A DNA stretch of 64,000 nucleotides. It comes from an uncultured Clostridia bacterium. GTDB taxonomy: Bacteria; Bacillota; Clostridia; UMGS1883. Below are positions 54,920-64,000 of the stretch, piece after piece. Position numbers and translations under genes: made by a program. How positions within the stretch are numbered: position 1 is the first letter of the stretch; each line of letters opens with the position of its first letter. Location of the stretch: positions 1,125 to 65,124 of the forward strand of contig CANPZO010000007.1 of assembly GCA_947589005.1 (NCBI GenBank), written 5' to 3'. The notes beneath the pieces were generated by a model that worked only from the letters and a program-made list of their open reading frames with translations, was not told the origin of the DNA and did no database searches.

Positions 54920-56199
54920 TGGACGCCGTGAATTCACCGCTGGCGGACAGACTCCGCCCGCGCTCGCTTGACGAGGTCGTGGGACAGAGGCACCTTCTCG
55001 GCGAGGGGAAGGTGCTCCGCCGTGTTATCGAGAGCGGCAACATACCCAATATGATTTTTTACGGTCCCAGCGGCACCGGCAAGACTACCGTGGCCAACAT
55101 CGCCGCTGAAAAAGCCGGCAAGCGCCTTTTCCGGCTTAACGCCACCACCGCCTCGGTCGCGGACGTGCGGCGGGTGCTGGCTGAGGCCGGCGGCATAATG
55201 GGGGCCGGCGGAGTGGTTCTTTATCTGGACGAGATACAGAACTTCAACAAAAAGCAGCAGCAGTCCCTGCTGGAGTTCATCGAGGACGGACGGGTCACCC
55301 TCATTGCCTCGACCACCGAAAACCCGTATTTTTACGTATATAACGCCATTCTCTCCCGGTCTACCGTCTTTGAGTTTTTGCCTGTGGAGGATGAGGAGAT
55401 AGAAAAGGCCCTGCTTCGGGGCGTGGAAGCACTCCGCGCCGGATACGGCCTGACCGTGGCGCCCGAGGCGGTGGAGCACATAGCGGCCTGTTCCTGCGGA
55501 GACGTGCGCAAGGCCCTGACCTCGCTTGAGGTGGCGGTCATGTCCGCCGCGCCCTCGGCCGACGGAAGCATAACCGTGAGCTTGGCGGAGGCCGAGGCGG
55601 TTACGGCCAAAAAAGCCTTTCGCCATGACCGTGACGGGGACAGCCATTACGACGTGCTGAGTGCTTTTCAGAAGTCCATACGGGGCAGCGACCCCAATGC
55701 CGCCCTCCACTATATGGCAAGGCTTGTGGAGGCGGGGGACCTGCAATCCATCTGCCGCCGCCTGCTGGTGATCGCCGCCGAGGATATCGGCCTTGCCCAT
55801 CCTCAGGCTATCGTCGTGACCAAGGCTTGCGTGGACAGCGCCTTTCAGCTGGGCCTGCCCGAGGCGCAGATACCCTTGGCCGAGGCGGTTATATTCCTGG
55901 CCGTTTCGCCAAAGAGCAACAGCGCCGTCACTGCCATAGGCGCGGCGCTTGACGACCTTCGCGGCGGCGCCGCCGGAGAGGTGCCGCTCCACCTTAAGGA
56001 CACCCACTACGCCGGGGCCGAAAAGCTTGGCCGCGGCGGATATAAGTACCCTCACGACTATCCCGGCAGCTACGTCGAGCAGCAATATTTGCCGGACAGG
56101 ATAAAGGACAGGGAATATTATTCCCCGGGAAATAATAAAATGGAACAAGCCGCCGAGGCTTATTGGAAAACAATTAAGAATAAAGGAGATGGGCGATGA
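54919..56199 (+). CDS. rarA: Replication-associated recombination protein A
   Basis: PLADRLRP, GPSGTGKTT, TTENP, SAFQKSIRGSD. Confidence 0.95.
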   Translation: MDAVNSPLADRLRPRSLDEVVGQRHLLGEGKVLRRVIESGNIPNMIFYGPSGTGKTTVANIAAEKAGKRLFRLNATTASVADVRRVLAEAGGIMGAGGVVLYLDEIQNFNKKQQQSLLEFIEDGRVTLIASTTENPYFYVYNAILSRSTVFEFLPVEDEEIEKALLRGVEALRAGYGLTVAPEAVEHIAACSCGDVRKALTSLEVAVMSAAPSADGSITVSLAEAEAVTAKKAFRHDRDGDSHYDVLSAFQKSIRGSDPNAALHYMARLVEAGDLQSICRRLLVIAAEDIGLAHPQAIVVTKACVDSAFQLGLPEAQIPLAEAVIFLAVSPKSNSAVTAIGAALDDLRGGAAGEVPLHLKDTHYAGAEKLGRGGYKYPHDYPGSYVEQQYLPDRIKDREYYSPGNNKMEQAAEAYWKTIKNKGDGR

Positions 56200-58370
56200 T
56201 GCTCCCTGTAGTGATTGCAATCTTTTTTGTGATTGCCGTATTGTTCGGCGTTTGCCTGTTTGTGTTTATCAGGAGCTATAAGAGCTACAGCAGTGAGGAC
56301 GACGAGCTTTACGATGATATTCCCGAGGAGAAGCCGCGGGGCAAAAGACCCGCGTCCGAAGCCTCGGAAAAGGTAAAGGCGAAGGGGACCGGCCCGGAGA
56401 CCAAATCAAAGGCCGGGGCAAAGTCCGCCACTAAGACCGGAGCCGCGCCCGAGCCCAAGACCGTGGCAAAGCCCGCTACGAAGGCGGAGGCCAAGCCCGT
56501 GCCGAAGGCCGAGACCAAGCCTGAACCGAAGGCGGAGACAAAGCCGGACAGCAACGGCTTCAGCAAACCCGCCGGAGACGAGCTCGGCGGCTTTGACACG
56601 AGGGTCGCCACCAAGGACGAGATGCGTATGCTTCGGAGCGCCGCCGCCGAAAAGTCGGCCGCCGGCGACTCCGCCGGACATACGGCTGCGGCGGACTCCG
56701 GCGCCAAGACCTCCGTGCCCGCGGCCAAGACCGCTTCCGCGCCGGCGAAAATCACGGCGGCGGGGCCCTCGGCTGAGACAACCGCCAAAAAGACGGACGG
56801 GGCGGGGGAGAAGAACTCCAAGCTTGTGCCCATAGTTACGGCGGTGGCGGCTTCGGTGGCCATAATCTGCATAGCGGCGCTGGCCTTTGTGCTGATAAGC
56901 TCGCGGACGCCGAGTGACGACGAGGGCGACGACAGGCCCGAGACAATAGCCCTCTCCTATGAGGATGTGGAGGACGTCCGTGAGGACGAGTACAAAATCA
57001 CCAGTCCCGCCACGCTGACGGCGGTGTTTGCCGCAGACAGCAAGATAACGGACGTCAAGGTTGAGGAAGGCGATTTCGTAAAGAAGGGCGACGCGATATA
57101 TGAGCTTGACGGCACGAGCTGTCAGGAAATGATAGACCTCCTTGAGGAAAGGCTCGAATCCATAGATCTGAGCGGGGCCGCGAGGAACGTCAACGTTTCC
57201 GCGGGCGCCTCCGGCGTTGTTACGGATGTGAGGGTTTCGGTGGGCTCCACGGTCACCTCGGGTATGGTGATTGCCGAGATAACCGGCTCGGCTCGCCACT
57301 CCCTGTCCGTAACGGTCGGCTCGCCTCTGTCCGTGGGCGACGATATAAACGTCACCTCCGGCGGAGTGACCGCTCATGGCACCGTAACGACGGTAAGACC
57401 CGTGTCTCCCGCCCCCTCTGACGAGGAGGACGGGGACGGCGGCGAGGACGGAGACGAAACCGGCGACGGCGGCGAAAGCGGCGATGACGCGGACGGCGGC
57501 GAGGACGATGAGGAGACCGCGTGGGCCGCGGTAATAAGCTTTTCCTCCGCCGGCAATGTGGGCGCGACGGGTACCGTCACGGTTGACGGAAAGAGCTATA
57601 CCGGTCAGGTGACCAGGGGACGCGGCAGCGTTTCCAATGTCACCGCCACCGCCTCCGGCACCGTTGCCGACCTTGACATTCGCCCCGGGGACACCGTTGA
57701 CGCGGGCGACACCGTTGCCGAAATAGAGACTCCCGCCTCCGCCCAGTATGCGGATAACGAGTTTGAGGCCAAGGAAACCCAGATACAGCTTGACGAATAC
57801 AGACAAAAGCTTGAAAACTACACCGTAAAGGCCGTGGCCGACGGCTATGTTCAGGAGCTCTTCCATAAGAAAGGCGAGACGGTGGCCAGGGACATGAAGG
57901 CCGTCACCATCGTTCCCCAGGACAGCCTTGCCCTTGAGGTAAAGCTGGACGCCGAGACCGCGGAGAACATGACCCTGCCCGCGCCGGTGAGCTTCAAGGT
58001 TAAAAAGACCTCCGATTTCCCCGAGGATGTTTGGGAAAATCTCAGCCCCGACGACAAGTTCAATTACACCATAGACTCTCTCGCTCCCGCCGATGACGAC
58101 AGCGGCGTCTATGTGGGCTACGTGGCCCTTACCGACGACGACCAGAGTCTGTTCCGCAGCGGCATGACCGTGGACGCCTCGGTGGTAGTTTATTACCGGT
58201 ACAACGCTCTCGTAATTCCCGAAAATCTTGTCAAAAAGGGTAAGGTCAAGGTAATGGACGAAAACGGCGAAATAAAGGAGGTCGCGGTCGAAACCGGAGT
58301 CAGGAACAAGACCGGCGGCATAGAGATAAGAGACGGTATAGAGCGCACTTACAGACTGGTGACCGACTGA
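56196..58370 (+). CDS. Membrane-anchored membrane-fusion/HlyD-like adaptor with low-complexity linkers
   Basis: Two TM helices, AETKP repeats, repeated barrel-sandwich motifs (V.V.EGD.VKKGD), V.V.TG......EI..G C-terminus. Confidence 0.65.
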   Translation: MMLPVVIAIFFVIAVLFGVCLFVFIRSYKSYSSEDDELYDDIPEEKPRGKRPASEASEKVKAKGTGPETKSKAGAKSATKTGAAPEPKTVAKPATKAEAKPVPKAETKPEPKAETKPDSNGFSKPAGDELGGFDTRVATKDEMRMLRSAAAEKSAAGDSAGHTAAADSGAKTSVPAAKTASAPAKITAAGPSAETTAKKTDGAGEKNSKLVPIVTAVAASVAIICIAALAFVLISSRTPSDDEGDDRPETIALSYEDVEDVREDEYKITSPATLTAVFAADSKITDVKVEEGDFVKKGDAIYELDGTSCQEMIDLLEERLESIDLSGAARNVNVSAGASGVVTDVRVSVGSTVTSGMVIAEITGSARHSLSVTVGSPLSVGDDINVTSGGVTAHGTVTTVRPVSPAPSDEEDGDGGEDGDETGDGGESGDDADGGEDDEETAWAAVISFSSAGNVGATGTVTVDGKSYTGQVTRGRGSVSNVTATASGTVADLDIRPGDTVDAGDTVAEIETPASAQYADNEFEAKETQIQLDEYRQKLENYTVKAVADGYVQELFHKKGETVARDMKAVTIVPQDSLALEVKLDAETAENMTLPAPVSFKVKKTSDFPEDVWENLSPDDKFNYTIDSLAPADDDSGVYVGYVALTDDDQSLFRSGMTVDASVVVYYRYNALVIPENLVKKGKVKVMDENGEIKEVAVETGVRNKTGGIEIRDGIERTYRLVTD

Positions 58371-58390
58371 GCAGAAGAGGGGTGAGTGAG

Positions 58391-58888
58391 ATGCCTTCCG
58401 CAAGGCGGGATAAACATAATTATTATCTGGACATAGCGGAGTCCGTCATCGAGCGCGGCACCTGCCTGCGCAGGAACTACGGCTCCATAATAGTGAACAA
58501 CGACGAGATAATCTCCACCGGCTACACGGGCGCCCCGAGGGGCCGCCAAAACTGCATTGATTTGGGGTTTTGCCGCAGAGAAATGCTGAATATACCCAGA
58601 GGTCAGCGATATGAGCTGTGCCGCAGCGTCCACAGCGAGGCCAACGCCATTATCAGCGCCCCCCGCAGGGACATGATAGGCGCCACCCTTTATCTGGTGG
58701 GCCGCGACTGCAAGACCGGCGAGCTGGTGCCCGACGCGTCAAGCTGCGCAATGTGCAAGCGCATGATAATCAATGCGGGCATCGCCAAGGTAGTGGTACG
58801 CAACACCCGTGACAGCTATACGGAAATAGACGTCCGGCGGGACTGGATAGACAACGACGACAGCCTCGGCGACATGATGGGATATTGA
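58391..58888 (+). CDS. dCMP deaminase / ComEB-like
   Basis: TGYTGAPRG, HSEANA, CAMC. Confidence 0.9.
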   Translation: MPSARRDKHNYYLDIAESVIERGTCLRRNYGSIIVNNDEIISTGYTGAPRGRQNCIDLGFCRREMLNIPRGQRYELCRSVHSEANAIISAPRRDMIGATLYLVGRDCKTGELVPDASSCAMCKRMIINAGIAKVVVRNTRDSYTEIDVRRDWIDNDDSLGDMMGY

Positions 58889-59088
58889 GACGGGGGAGAC
58901 CGGCTCCGCCTTATCCCCGGGGCTCCATAAAAGCCGCTATAAAATAGGTTTAAAATCCCGAGCCTCGGCTCGGGATTTTCGCGAAAAACGGCGGAAAATA
59001 TGCGGACATGACGGGCGGGGCCGCCCGGCGGCCCTATGGGGCGGCGCCTCAAATTATTAAAAAATTGTAACAATCTTTAAAAAACCTC

Positions 59089-59117
59089 TTGACAACCTTG
59101 GACAAAATGTATAGAAT
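59089..59117 (+). promoter_or_regulatory. sigmaA promoter of the SLH protein gene
   Basis: TTGACA-N17-TAGAAT. Confidence 0.7.
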
Positions 59118-59177
59118 ATAAATGTGTTAGTTTGCGTTACAAGACTATCATACAATTTTTTTAAGGAGAGATAAGCA

Positions 59178-62100
59178 ATGAGGAGATTTAAACCGATACT
59201 TTCCCTTGTTCTTGCCCTCGCCATGGTTTTCTCGTGCTTTACGGCCTTTGCGGCCGACGGGGACGGCGACGATGAAGAACAGGAGTTAACTACAAGGTTT
59301 TCCGACGTGGATCCCAACTCCACCTTGGGCAAGGCCGTAACCGATTTGGCCATGTTCGGCATAATCACCGGCTATCCCGATGGGACCTTTGGCCCCGAGG
59401 GTAATATCACCCGCGCGGAGTTCGCCACCATCTGCGTTCGTCTTGCAAAGCTTGACGACGCTCTCGCCGCGGACGCGGTAACCGGTTTCCCCGATGTGGA
59501 TGCCGACGAAAACTATAAATGGGCCCGACCCTATATACTTATGGCTAAAAATCAGGGCGTAATCAACGGCTACAGCGACGGCACTTTCCAGGCCGGCAAG
59601 ACCGTCAACTATGCCGAGGCCGTAAAGATGCTCATGTGCCTTCGCGGATGGGGCCCCGCCTGCGAGGCCGAGACCAAGGCCAACCCCAACGCCCAGTGGT
59701 ACGACAGCTATATCAGGAACGCCAATCAGCAGGGCCTTACCAAAAACGCCCTCGGCGGCCAGAGCAATCCCACCCAGCCCGTAAACAGGGGTACGGTTGC
59801 CATCCTTGCCTATAATTCTTACGATGTAAAGGGCCTGGTGGAGACGGTTGACCCCGACACCGGTGAGCTGGCATGGAGACAGGACAACGGCGGCGGCAAG
59901 GGCAGCGACGACAACGAAATAAAGAGCTCCATCGTCAGGGGCGTCGTAACGGGCACATACCTCTCCCGCATCTCAAGCTCCGACAATGATCTGAGCAGCA
60001 ATGAGATAATGGTCGGCAGCGACGTTTACACCTTGAGCGGCAGCGTCTCCAAGAAAATCGACCTGTACGACATACTCGGCAAGACCGTAAGCATGAAGTA
60101 CGACGAGTCTGACGACTATGTGACCAGCCTTGAGATAACCAGCGGGAAGTCTACCGACATTTATTCCGGCTATGTCGGCAACAAGGAGAAGTTCATCATA
60201 GGCGTGGAGAACGGCAGGATACTTTACGCTACCGACCCCGAGACCTATAAGGAGTCCTCCGTGACAATGCCCGACGATGTTGTTTACAACGGCAAGTATA
60301 TAGAAGATTTCGACGTTGACGACCTTATGGACCCCGACAGCCCCTACTTCCTTAAGACCGGCGTTATTCAAATCTTCGACGACAGCAGCAAGTATGAGTT
60401 TGCCAAGATAACCAACTACGATACTTATGTCGTAAAGGGCACCAGCTCCAGCCGCGGCAAGGACAGCATCAACTTTATGTACAGGACCGGCGACGAGTAT
60501 AAGATGGAATTCCCCACCGCGAATTCCGCCGACTACTTCATATTCCGCAGGGGCAGCACCGAAATTGACTCCCGCAGCGACCTCAAGCAGTTCGACGTGC
60601 TCAACATCGTCCGTTCGCCCGAGGATGCCGACGGCCCCGACATAATGATAATCGACGTTTCCAGAAACAGCGTAACAAAGCAGAAGGTCACCTCTGTCAG
60701 CTACAACGACAATACCATGTTCGAGATGGGCGACCGGTACTATCAGTATAATTACGACTATCAGAATATACCCGAGGATACCAACGACGAGGTGCCCGGG
60801 CTTTCCCGCGGTACCGACGGCGTAAACCTCTATCTCGATAAAATCGGCCTTATAGCCGCCGTTTCCGTATCCAGCACCTCCGATTCCACCGGCTCCTACT
60901 CCTACGGATATCTGCTGAGCGTGCGTCAGAACGACGACAAGAGCGACTATGACCTGGAGTTCTATATGCTTGATATGTCCGGCTCTACCGTTAAGGAGGC
61001 TGAGCTTGGCACCGGCAACTCCATACAGATAGACGGCAAGAGATACAACACCGATGACGACGATATACTCGATATCCTCGAGGAGTCCGCCAGCGACGTA
61101 AACGACTCCTACCGGAGCATGGGCGGCGATATCGAAAACGACATTTATCAGCAGCCCGTAAGGTATAAGCTGAACGCGAGCAAGCTCGTCACCGCCATAG
61201 ATACCATCAACAAATCCAATGTGGGCGGCGACCTTGAGCTTTCCGCACCCATGAACGACGGCAGCACCGACGACGACGGCCGCCGCACCTACAACAGGTC
61301 CAGCGGCTTCACATACTACGATTCCGAGGGTGACAAGGCGTACTTCCAGGTGGCCAGCGACACGAAGATACTGTTCGTTCCCGACAACAGGGCCGACTAC
61401 GACAGCTACACCAAGATGACCTACAGCAGCTTCACCAGCGGCAACAAGTATTATGTTGAGGGCTTCAACATAGGCTCCACAAGGGCCAACCGGGCCGACC
61501 TTGTGCTTGTTTACAAGACCAACGACAACCTGGTATTCAACCACACCACCCCCTTCCTTATCGTAAGCGATTACGGTCTGGACGAGGACGACGAGGAGTA
61601 TATCACCGGTTACAAGGGCTCCTACAGCGGCGGCGTTTCCACCACGGCCAACACCACCGTTCACGTTAACTACAGCAAGCTTCCCGACGAGGCCAAGGAC
61701 GCCTATAACAACCTGGGACGCGGCGATATCGTCCGTTACCTGGCGGGCTCCGACGGCAGAGTCATTGACCTTGAGCTGTGGCTCGACGCCTCCGACCCCG
61801 TTCAGGAGCAGAGCGTAAGCGACATCAGCGAGGCTATCGAGAACCGTATCCTCGCCATCAGGAGCAATTCCGCCGAGCCCGTAAACGGCGACGCCTATAA
61901 CGCGGCCTTCCGTCTGGCCTACGGCACCGTCCTTCGCATCGAGGACGATATCAAGACCGTGACGGTTACTCCCACCCTTGATGTTGACTTCGAGGATAAC
62001 GGCCTTGAAATGGCCGAGGGCGGCACCGGCGTTGTGGCCCATATGTACAACAGCAACACCAAGGTGTTCATTTACAACGACAGCAAGAAGGGCGCCGAGT

Positions 62101-62240
62101 ATGTAAGCGGCATAGAGGCGTTCGACGAGATATCCTCTTATGAGGATGCCGAGTCCGGAGCAAGCGTGGTAGTTACCTTCACAACAGGCGACACCACCTC
62201 AAGCGCAAGTCCCTTCAGAATGATTTATATCGTTCGGTAA
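59178..62240 (+). CDS. S-layer homology (SLH) domain protein, probable S-layer protein
   Basis: Signal peptide; GIITGYPDGTF.P...ITRAEF; second SLH GVINGYSDGTF. Confidence 0.9.
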   Translation: MRRFKPILSLVLALAMVFSCFTAFAADGDGDDEEQELTTRFSDVDPNSTLGKAVTDLAMFGIITGYPDGTFGPEGNITRAEFATICVRLAKLDDALAADAVTGFPDVDADENYKWARPYILMAKNQGVINGYSDGTFQAGKTVNYAEAVKMLMCLRGWGPACEAETKANPNAQWYDSYIRNANQQGLTKNALGGQSNPTQPVNRGTVAILAYNSYDVKGLVETVDPDTGELAWRQDNGGGKGSDDNEIKSSIVRGVVTGTYLSRISSSDNDLSSNEIMVGSDVYTLSGSVSKKIDLYDILGKTVSMKYDESDDYVTSLEITSGKSTDIYSGYVGNKEKFIIGVENGRILYATDPETYKESSVTMPDDVVYNGKYIEDFDVDDLMDPDSPYFLKTGVIQIFDDSSKYEFAKITNYDTYVVKGTSSSRGKDSINFMYRTGDEYKMEFPTANSADYFIFRRGSTEIDSRSDLKQFDVLNIVRSPEDADGPDIMIIDVSRNSVTKQKVTSVSYNDNTMFEMGDRYYQYNYDYQNIPEDTNDEVPGLSRGTDGVNLYLDKIGLIAAVSVSSTSDSTGSYSYGYLLSVRQNDDKSDYDLEFYMLDMSGSTVKEAELGTGNSIQIDGKRYNTDDDDILDILEESASDVNDSYRSMGGDIENDIYQQPVRYKLNASKLVTAIDTINKSNVGGDLELSAPMNDGSTDDDGRRTYNRSSGFTYYDSEGDKAYFQVASDTKILFVPDNRADYDSYTKMTYSSFTSGNKYYVEGFNIGSTRANRADLVLVYKTNDNLVFNHTTPFLIVSDYGLDEDDEEYITGYKGSYSGGVSTTANTTVHVNYSKLPDEAKDAYNNLGRGDIVRYLAGSDGRVIDLELWLDASDPVQEQSVSDISEAIENRILAIRSNSAEPVNGDAYNAAFRLAYGTVLRIEDDIKTVTVTPTLDVDFEDNGLEMAEGGTGVVAHMYNSNTKVFIYNDSKKGAEYVSGIEAFDEISSYEDAESGASVVVTFTTGDTTSSASPFRMIYIVR

Positions 62241-62258
62241 CTCAACGAAAAAAGCGGT

Positions 62259-62289
62259 CACCCGGACAGTTCGACTGACTGTCCGGGTG
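62259..62289 (+). terminator. Stem-loop after the SLH gene
   Basis: CACCCGGACAGT...ACTGTCCGGGTG (no clear T tract). Confidence 0.55.
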
Positions 62290-62317
62290 TAACTGTATTA
62301 AAAGGAGACAACAGTTT

Positions 62318-63082
62318 ATGGTAGAAAAGGACATCTCTCTGCTGGAGAAAAGGATGGGCTACGACTTTGCCGAGCCCAAGCTCCTGCTGACGGCCCTTAC
62401 TCACAGCTCATATGCCCACCAGTTCGGGGTGGAAAGCTATGAAAGGTTAGAGTTCTTGGGCGATGCTATACTTGGCCTTATCATCGCCCAAGAGCTTTAT
62501 CTGGACAAAAAGTTCCCCGAGGGCATATCCACCCGTATCCGCGCGGCTCTGGTCTGCGAGGATACTTTGGCGGAGCTGGCCGCGGAGATAGGGATAGACG
62601 AGTTCGCGCGTCTGGGCACCGGGGCGGAGAGCTGCGGCGAAAGACGGCGCAAGTCCATATTGGCGGATATGTTCGAGGCTCATCTGGCCGCCCTGTACCT
62701 CGAGACCGGCCTTGACTTCACCCGCGGCTACGTGCTGAGGGTCTATGGCGACAGGATAAAAAATATCACGGAGGGCGGTCACTTCGTGGACAACGATTAT
62801 AAGAGCCGCCTTCAGGAAAAGCTCCAGAGCAAGGGCGGCAACGTGACCTACGAGGTCGTCGACGAGCGCGGCCCCGTCCACGACTGCGTCTTTACCGTGG
62901 CTGCCGTCATCAACGGCCGCCGCATAGGTCAGGGGATTTCCAACAGCAAGAAAAAGGCCCAGCAGCTTGCGGCCTTTGAGGCCATGCGGAAAATTGAGAC
63001 CATTGAAAAGGACCTTAAGAAAAGAGGCGTTTCTCCGGACCACGACGCCATAATCGGGGCCCTTTTGGGGGCGGAAAAATGA
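62318..63082 (+). CDS. rnc: Ribonuclease III
   Basis: ERLEFLGDA, ADMFEA, dsRBD DYKSRLQE. Confidence 0.97.
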   Translation: MVEKDISLLEKRMGYDFAEPKLLLTALTHSSYAHQFGVESYERLEFLGDAILGLIIAQELYLDKKFPEGISTRIRAALVCEDTLAELAAEIGIDEFARLGTGAESCGERRRKSILADMFEAHLAALYLETGLDFTRGYVLRVYGDRIKNITEGGHFVDNDYKSRLQEKLQSKGGNVTYEVVDERGPVHDCVFTVAAVINGRRIGQGISNSKKKAQQLAAFEAMRKIETIEKDLKKRGVSPDHDAIIGALLGAEK

Positions 63083-64000
63083 ATATCCCCATATTTGTGC
63101 CCCATGTGGGCTGTCCCAATGACTGCGCCTTTTGCAATCAACGCTCCATAACCGGAGTGACGGAGGCCCCCGCCCCCGAGTCGGTAGGGAGCATCGCCGA
63201 CGAGTACCTTTCCGGCGGCGGGGCCGGAGAAAACACCATCGCCTTTTTCGGCGGCAGCTTCACCGGCATAGAACCTTCGCTTCAGCGCCGGTATCTGGCC
63301 GAGGCGAAGAAATATCTTGACGCCGGAAAAATCTCCGGTATTCGCCTTTCCACCCGTCCGGACTATATAGACGCGGACGTATTGAAGCTTTTGGGGGAGT
63401 ACGGCGTTACCAACATAGAGCTTGGGGCGCAGTCCATGGACGACGGGGTGCTGGCCGCCTCCGGCCGGGGCCATGACTCCGGGGCCGTCCGCAGGGCGGC
63501 GGGCATGATAAGGGAAAGGGGCTTTACTCTGGGCCTTCAGATGATGACCGGCCTGCCGCTGGACACGCCGGAAAAGTCCCTTGCCACCGCGGAGGAGTTC
63601 ATCCGCTTGGGCGCCGCCGAGACCCGTATATACCCCACTCTCGTAATGGAGCGCACCCGCCTGGCCGATATGTACCGCGCCGGTTTATACCGCCCTCAGA
63701 CAGTGGAGGAGGCGGCGGAGCTGGGCGCGGCTCTCTACGGAAAATTCCGTGACGCCGGGGTGAAGGTGCTGCGCGTCGGCCTCAGCGACAGCGAGGAGCT
63801 TAAGGGAGGCTGCGTGGCCGGGCCCTACCATCCGGCCATGGGCGAGCTGGTCATAAGCCGCTTCGTCAGGAACCAGCTTGAGGCCCACGCCGAGGAGGGC
63901 GCTCTCCGCATCTCGGCCCCCAAAAAATATTTCAGCAAGATTGTCGGGCCAAGGCGCTGCAACGCCCGATACTTTCGGGAAAAGGGCGTGTATTTTTCCC
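63079..64000 (+). CDS. Radical SAM protein (Elp3/YhcC-like), 3'-truncated (not in ORF track)
   Basis: MNIPIFVPHVGCPNDCAFCNQ (CxxxCxxC), FFGGSFT, STRPD, ELGAQS; ATGA overlap with rnc. Confidence 0.9.
   Translation, partial: MNIPIFVPHVGCPNDCAFCNQRSITGVTEAPAPESVGSIADEYLSGGGAGENTIAFFGGSFTGIEPSLQRRYLAEAKKYLDAGKISGIRLSTRPDYIDADVLKLLGEYGVTNIELGAQSMDDGVLAASGRGHDSGAVRRAAGMIRERGFTLGLQMMTGLPLDTPEKSLATAEEFIRLGAAETRIYPTLVMERTRLADMYRAGLYRPQTVEEAAELGAALYGKFRDAGVKVLRVGLSDSEELKGGCVAGPYHPAMGELVISRFVRNQLEAHAEEGALRISAPKKYFSKIVGPRRCNARYFREKGVYFS

Overview
Chromosomal window from a GC-rich, spore-forming Clostridia-type Firmicute (inferred from gene content: yabP/yabQ, a gerA-type operon, an SLH protein, a T-box and a CtsR box). 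Most of it is housekeeping: rpmG-secE-nusG-rplK-rplA, rplJ-rplL, holA, rodA, yabPQ-divIC-S1, gerA-type operon, larC, leuA, ctsR-mcsA-clpC, rpoBC, nth, glyA, rarA, an S-layer gene and rnc. The outstanding feature is a ~12 kb single-strand block of 15 genes (9.3-21.2 kb) between holA and rodA: 14 apparently intact siphovirus head/tail genes preceded by a small zinc-finger gene. It has a fused small+large terminase and reshuffled gene order, and I see no integrase, replication, lysis or att sites. It starts at a near-consensus sigmaA promoter followed by a LexA (SOS) box. This is the profile of a domesticated, host-controlled gene-transfer-agent-like particle. A degenerate, probably non-cleavable CI/LexA-like regulator lies 2.5 kb downstream. 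Also present are a modular family of GTAG-type REP/MITE-like repeats, several small ORFs missed by the ORF track, an internally deleted larB remnant, a clpC operon without mcsB, and an internal duplication in RpoC. All family assignments come from motif recognition by eye; no searches were run.
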